A DNA stretch of 64,000 nucleotides, from positions 20,088,001 through 20,152,000 of the forward strand of contig CDPCPM010000037.1 in assembly GCA_976551045.1 (NCBI GenBank), given 5' to 3'. Below the pieces are notes generated by a model. That model saw only the letters and a program-made list of their open reading frames with translations, made no database searches and was not told the origin of the DNA. Within the stretch, counting starts at the first letter, position 1. Each line of letters begins with the position of its first letter. The position numbers were made by a program, and so were the translations under genes. The DNA is from Glaucostegus cemiculus. Its lineage: Eukaryota. Shown here in pieces: positions 61,421-64,000 of the stretch.

Positions 61421-63064
61421 AATTAAGGGGAAAGAAAATTCTGATGAGGGACACAGTAAAAATGTTGATCTACTATTGTCAATACTGTGGTCCAAAGTTG
61501 TAAGTTTCACCCTATAATTTACTAACAAATTACACGATTCATGCAATGTTGTTGCAATGTAAGATGTGTTGAGAATTTTTACTCTTGTTCAATGTAAACA
61601 AGAAATGGAACAATGTAGAGAATCAAAAATATATTGCTAACTCTTCTTAAACTTGGTCTTTCACAAGTCTTAAAGATAAAATGCCACCACAATCCAGAAA
61701 AGTGTTTAAGATTATGTGTACAAATGAGACAAAATATTCTAACATGAATGTAACATTAAAATCTGGTCAAATTCATTTCCTTTTAGAATCCATTACTCAC
61801 CCTAATCTACTGGTATGAGATTTTCCAATGTGTGACTAATATGGAATGTTTGATGAGGCTTCCTCAATAAATTCATGTATGTAACATCAAAACACAATGT
61901 ACATTACATTTAAAAATTTGAAATACAATTACTGAAGTCTGGACTGTGCTGATATCCAAATGCACACAAATTTCTGGTAAATTAGTATTCCTAATAAAAT
62001 GATACAAAATTAACAGTGCAATAACAAAGCAGTACAATTCATAACATGCATTCACCCTTCAAGATGCAGGTTCCAATTCTCAATACTGTTAAATGTTTGG
62101 AGTGCATGTGTGCAGAGTTAGAGCCTCATCTGATTAAGTGCCATGATAGTTCTTAGTCCTAGTTTCAAAACATTTCAGTTTCAATCACATACTGTACTGC
62201 ATTCCACATATCTGGTGACTTAGAAAAACTAATGAAATGCTCTAGAATAAAGTTAAATTAAAACTTAAACAGTAAACCAAATTTTTTCAGTTTTACACCA
62301 TTGCTCAAGTTTAATAAGGCAACTCTGAAAGCTAAATAGTTAAAAAAAATTTGCCATGCCATTGGGTTTTTGTCCTTTATGACAGTTGGACAAATACTGG
62401 CTTTTTCACACCAAATACAATCCCTAGGAGTTATGTATCACACAAACCCTGATATATCATCCATAATTAAACTAACAGGAAGATATCATTGTTTACAGAC
62501 AGAATAAATGGCATTATCTTTGGCAATAATAAAAGCACAAATTCATTTTGATCATATTCTGATTCCATTACTTCCAATAACACAACAAATGAGAAGTCAC
62601 ATAAATGGGAATAAGGAAAACGAGGTTGCTTGTGTTGTCAAAATGGATTGCTACACCAAAAGCATCAATTCTTACTGCATGCAAGTGTTAGTGCTTGAAG
62701 TTAATAATTTTCCCCAGGAGCAGCTGGCTCATAAAAATTTCACGAGTGAAGTTTACAACAAGGATTGGAATTCAGCCACATTGTATTTTATTGCAGTTAT
62801 TGTGGGTCAAAGAACAAACTGTGACAGAGTGAACAGTGTTGGATATCAACTCAAAAATGTGAAATACCCATGTATTTAAACACAGTAAGATTAAAGCCTG
62901 GCTTTATTTTTCCGTCACTTCACTGTTATCAGAAAACTAAATGGTAAAGTCTCGACGGGATATTCTGCAGGGCAGTATAAATCACAGTTTTGAGCAGCAC
63001 AGGTTAGTCAATGACAGGCAGCATGTATTTGTAAAAGGGAGGCTATATAAATAAAAAGAAACAA

Positions 63065-63840
63065 GGAGGTTCAATGAAGGTAGCATATTAGATAAAGCTT
63101 ACATAGATTTAAGCAAGGTGTTTGTCAGAGTCTCATTGATCATTACAGTAAAAACTCATTGGATCCAAGGGAAAGCAGCAAACTGGATTAAAAATTGCAG
63201 TGGAAGAAAACAAAGGGTATGGTCAACTGGAATTATAGTGGCTGTCCCCTATGTACCATAGGGCACCATGTACAAGGCTCTGTACTAGATCCCTTACTTT
63301 TTGTGATGTACGTGTGCAGATCCATAATTTTGGATTTAAATGTAGGAGCCACCACTTAGAGGTTTGCCAATGACACAAAAATTGGCAAACTGGATAATGG
63401 TGAGAAAGTTGTAGGCTGCAGGAAGATATCAATGGATTGGAAAGGTGGGCTCAAAGGTGGACAGCGGAATTCAATCTGGATAAATCTGAGGTGATACAAT
63501 TGTAAAGGAACAGAAGAACCTTGGAGTGCATGTCTACAAAGTTAGCAGGGCAGGTAAATAAGGTGATATAGATGACACATGGCATACTGATGCAATTAAT
63601 CAACGCACAGAATATAAAAACCTAGGGAGGGCATGCTAGAGCTGTAGGCGAGACCATAGCAAGACAACTGTATGAAGTGCCGAATGCCACATTATAGGAA
63701 GGATCTGACAGTACTGGACAGGGTTCAAAAGAAGTTTACAAAGGTGTTACTGGTATTGACGAATTAATGTTAAAAGATTGATTAGGTTTGGAACAAAAGA
63801 GGCAGAGAGAAAATTTAATTGAGATGTATTAAATTGAGAG
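63065..63840 (+). mobile_element. Old CR1 RT fragment, heavily decayed
   Basis: FNEGSILDKAYIDLSKVF (compare [17 protein letters not shown]), QGSVLDPL, FANDTKIG, PHYRKD. Confidence 0.85.
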
Positions 63841-64000
63841 GCTGTATCATTTCCTCTGTACTTAGGTCTAATTCATTAGAACCTGCCACAAAAAGCAACA
63901 CACCAATTACTGAGCCCTGTGGAAACCCACTAATAACAGTCTTCCAGTCACAAAAACATCTGTCAAATTATTACACCCTGCTTCTTGTTACTGAGCCAAT

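Noticed and set aside
61435-61480. Further hammerhead at CTGATGA (also 16432, 26736, 54173)
   Set aside because: No intact helix II plus GAAA; 61441 may be a very decayed family copy but cannot be supported
62508-62879. 123-aa plus-strand ORF
   Set aside because: No recognisable domain or splice context; compatible with a chance ORF

Overview
AT-rich, repeat-dense, non-coding eukaryotic DNA. The repeat set (CR1 and Rex1/Babar LINEs, RTE and L2 relics, HE1-type V-SINEs, Deu-domain SINEs, short Penelope-type terminal repeats) points to a cartilaginous fish (shark or ray); this is an inference from recognised repeat motifs. I recognise no intact cellular protein-coding gene, and the only convincing ORFs in the supplied track are retrotransposon or transposon fragments. 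The window is probably intronic or gene-desert sequence, possibly inside a long minus-strand transcription unit. Highlights: (1) a dispersed short repeat whose three best copies reconstruct a minimal type-I hammerhead ribozyme, one copy nested in a LINE 3' UTR with a 6-bp duplication; (2) a clean 722-bp solo LTR with a 4-bp TSD; (3) decayed PIF/Harbinger transposase and Myb/SANT ORFs largely missed by the ORF track; (4) two young CR1 copies with a sharp step in divergence; (5) several enhancer-like blocks and candidate micro-exons, all low confidence. Boundaries of old repeats are approximate (tens of bp), and family assignments are by recalled motif, not database search.
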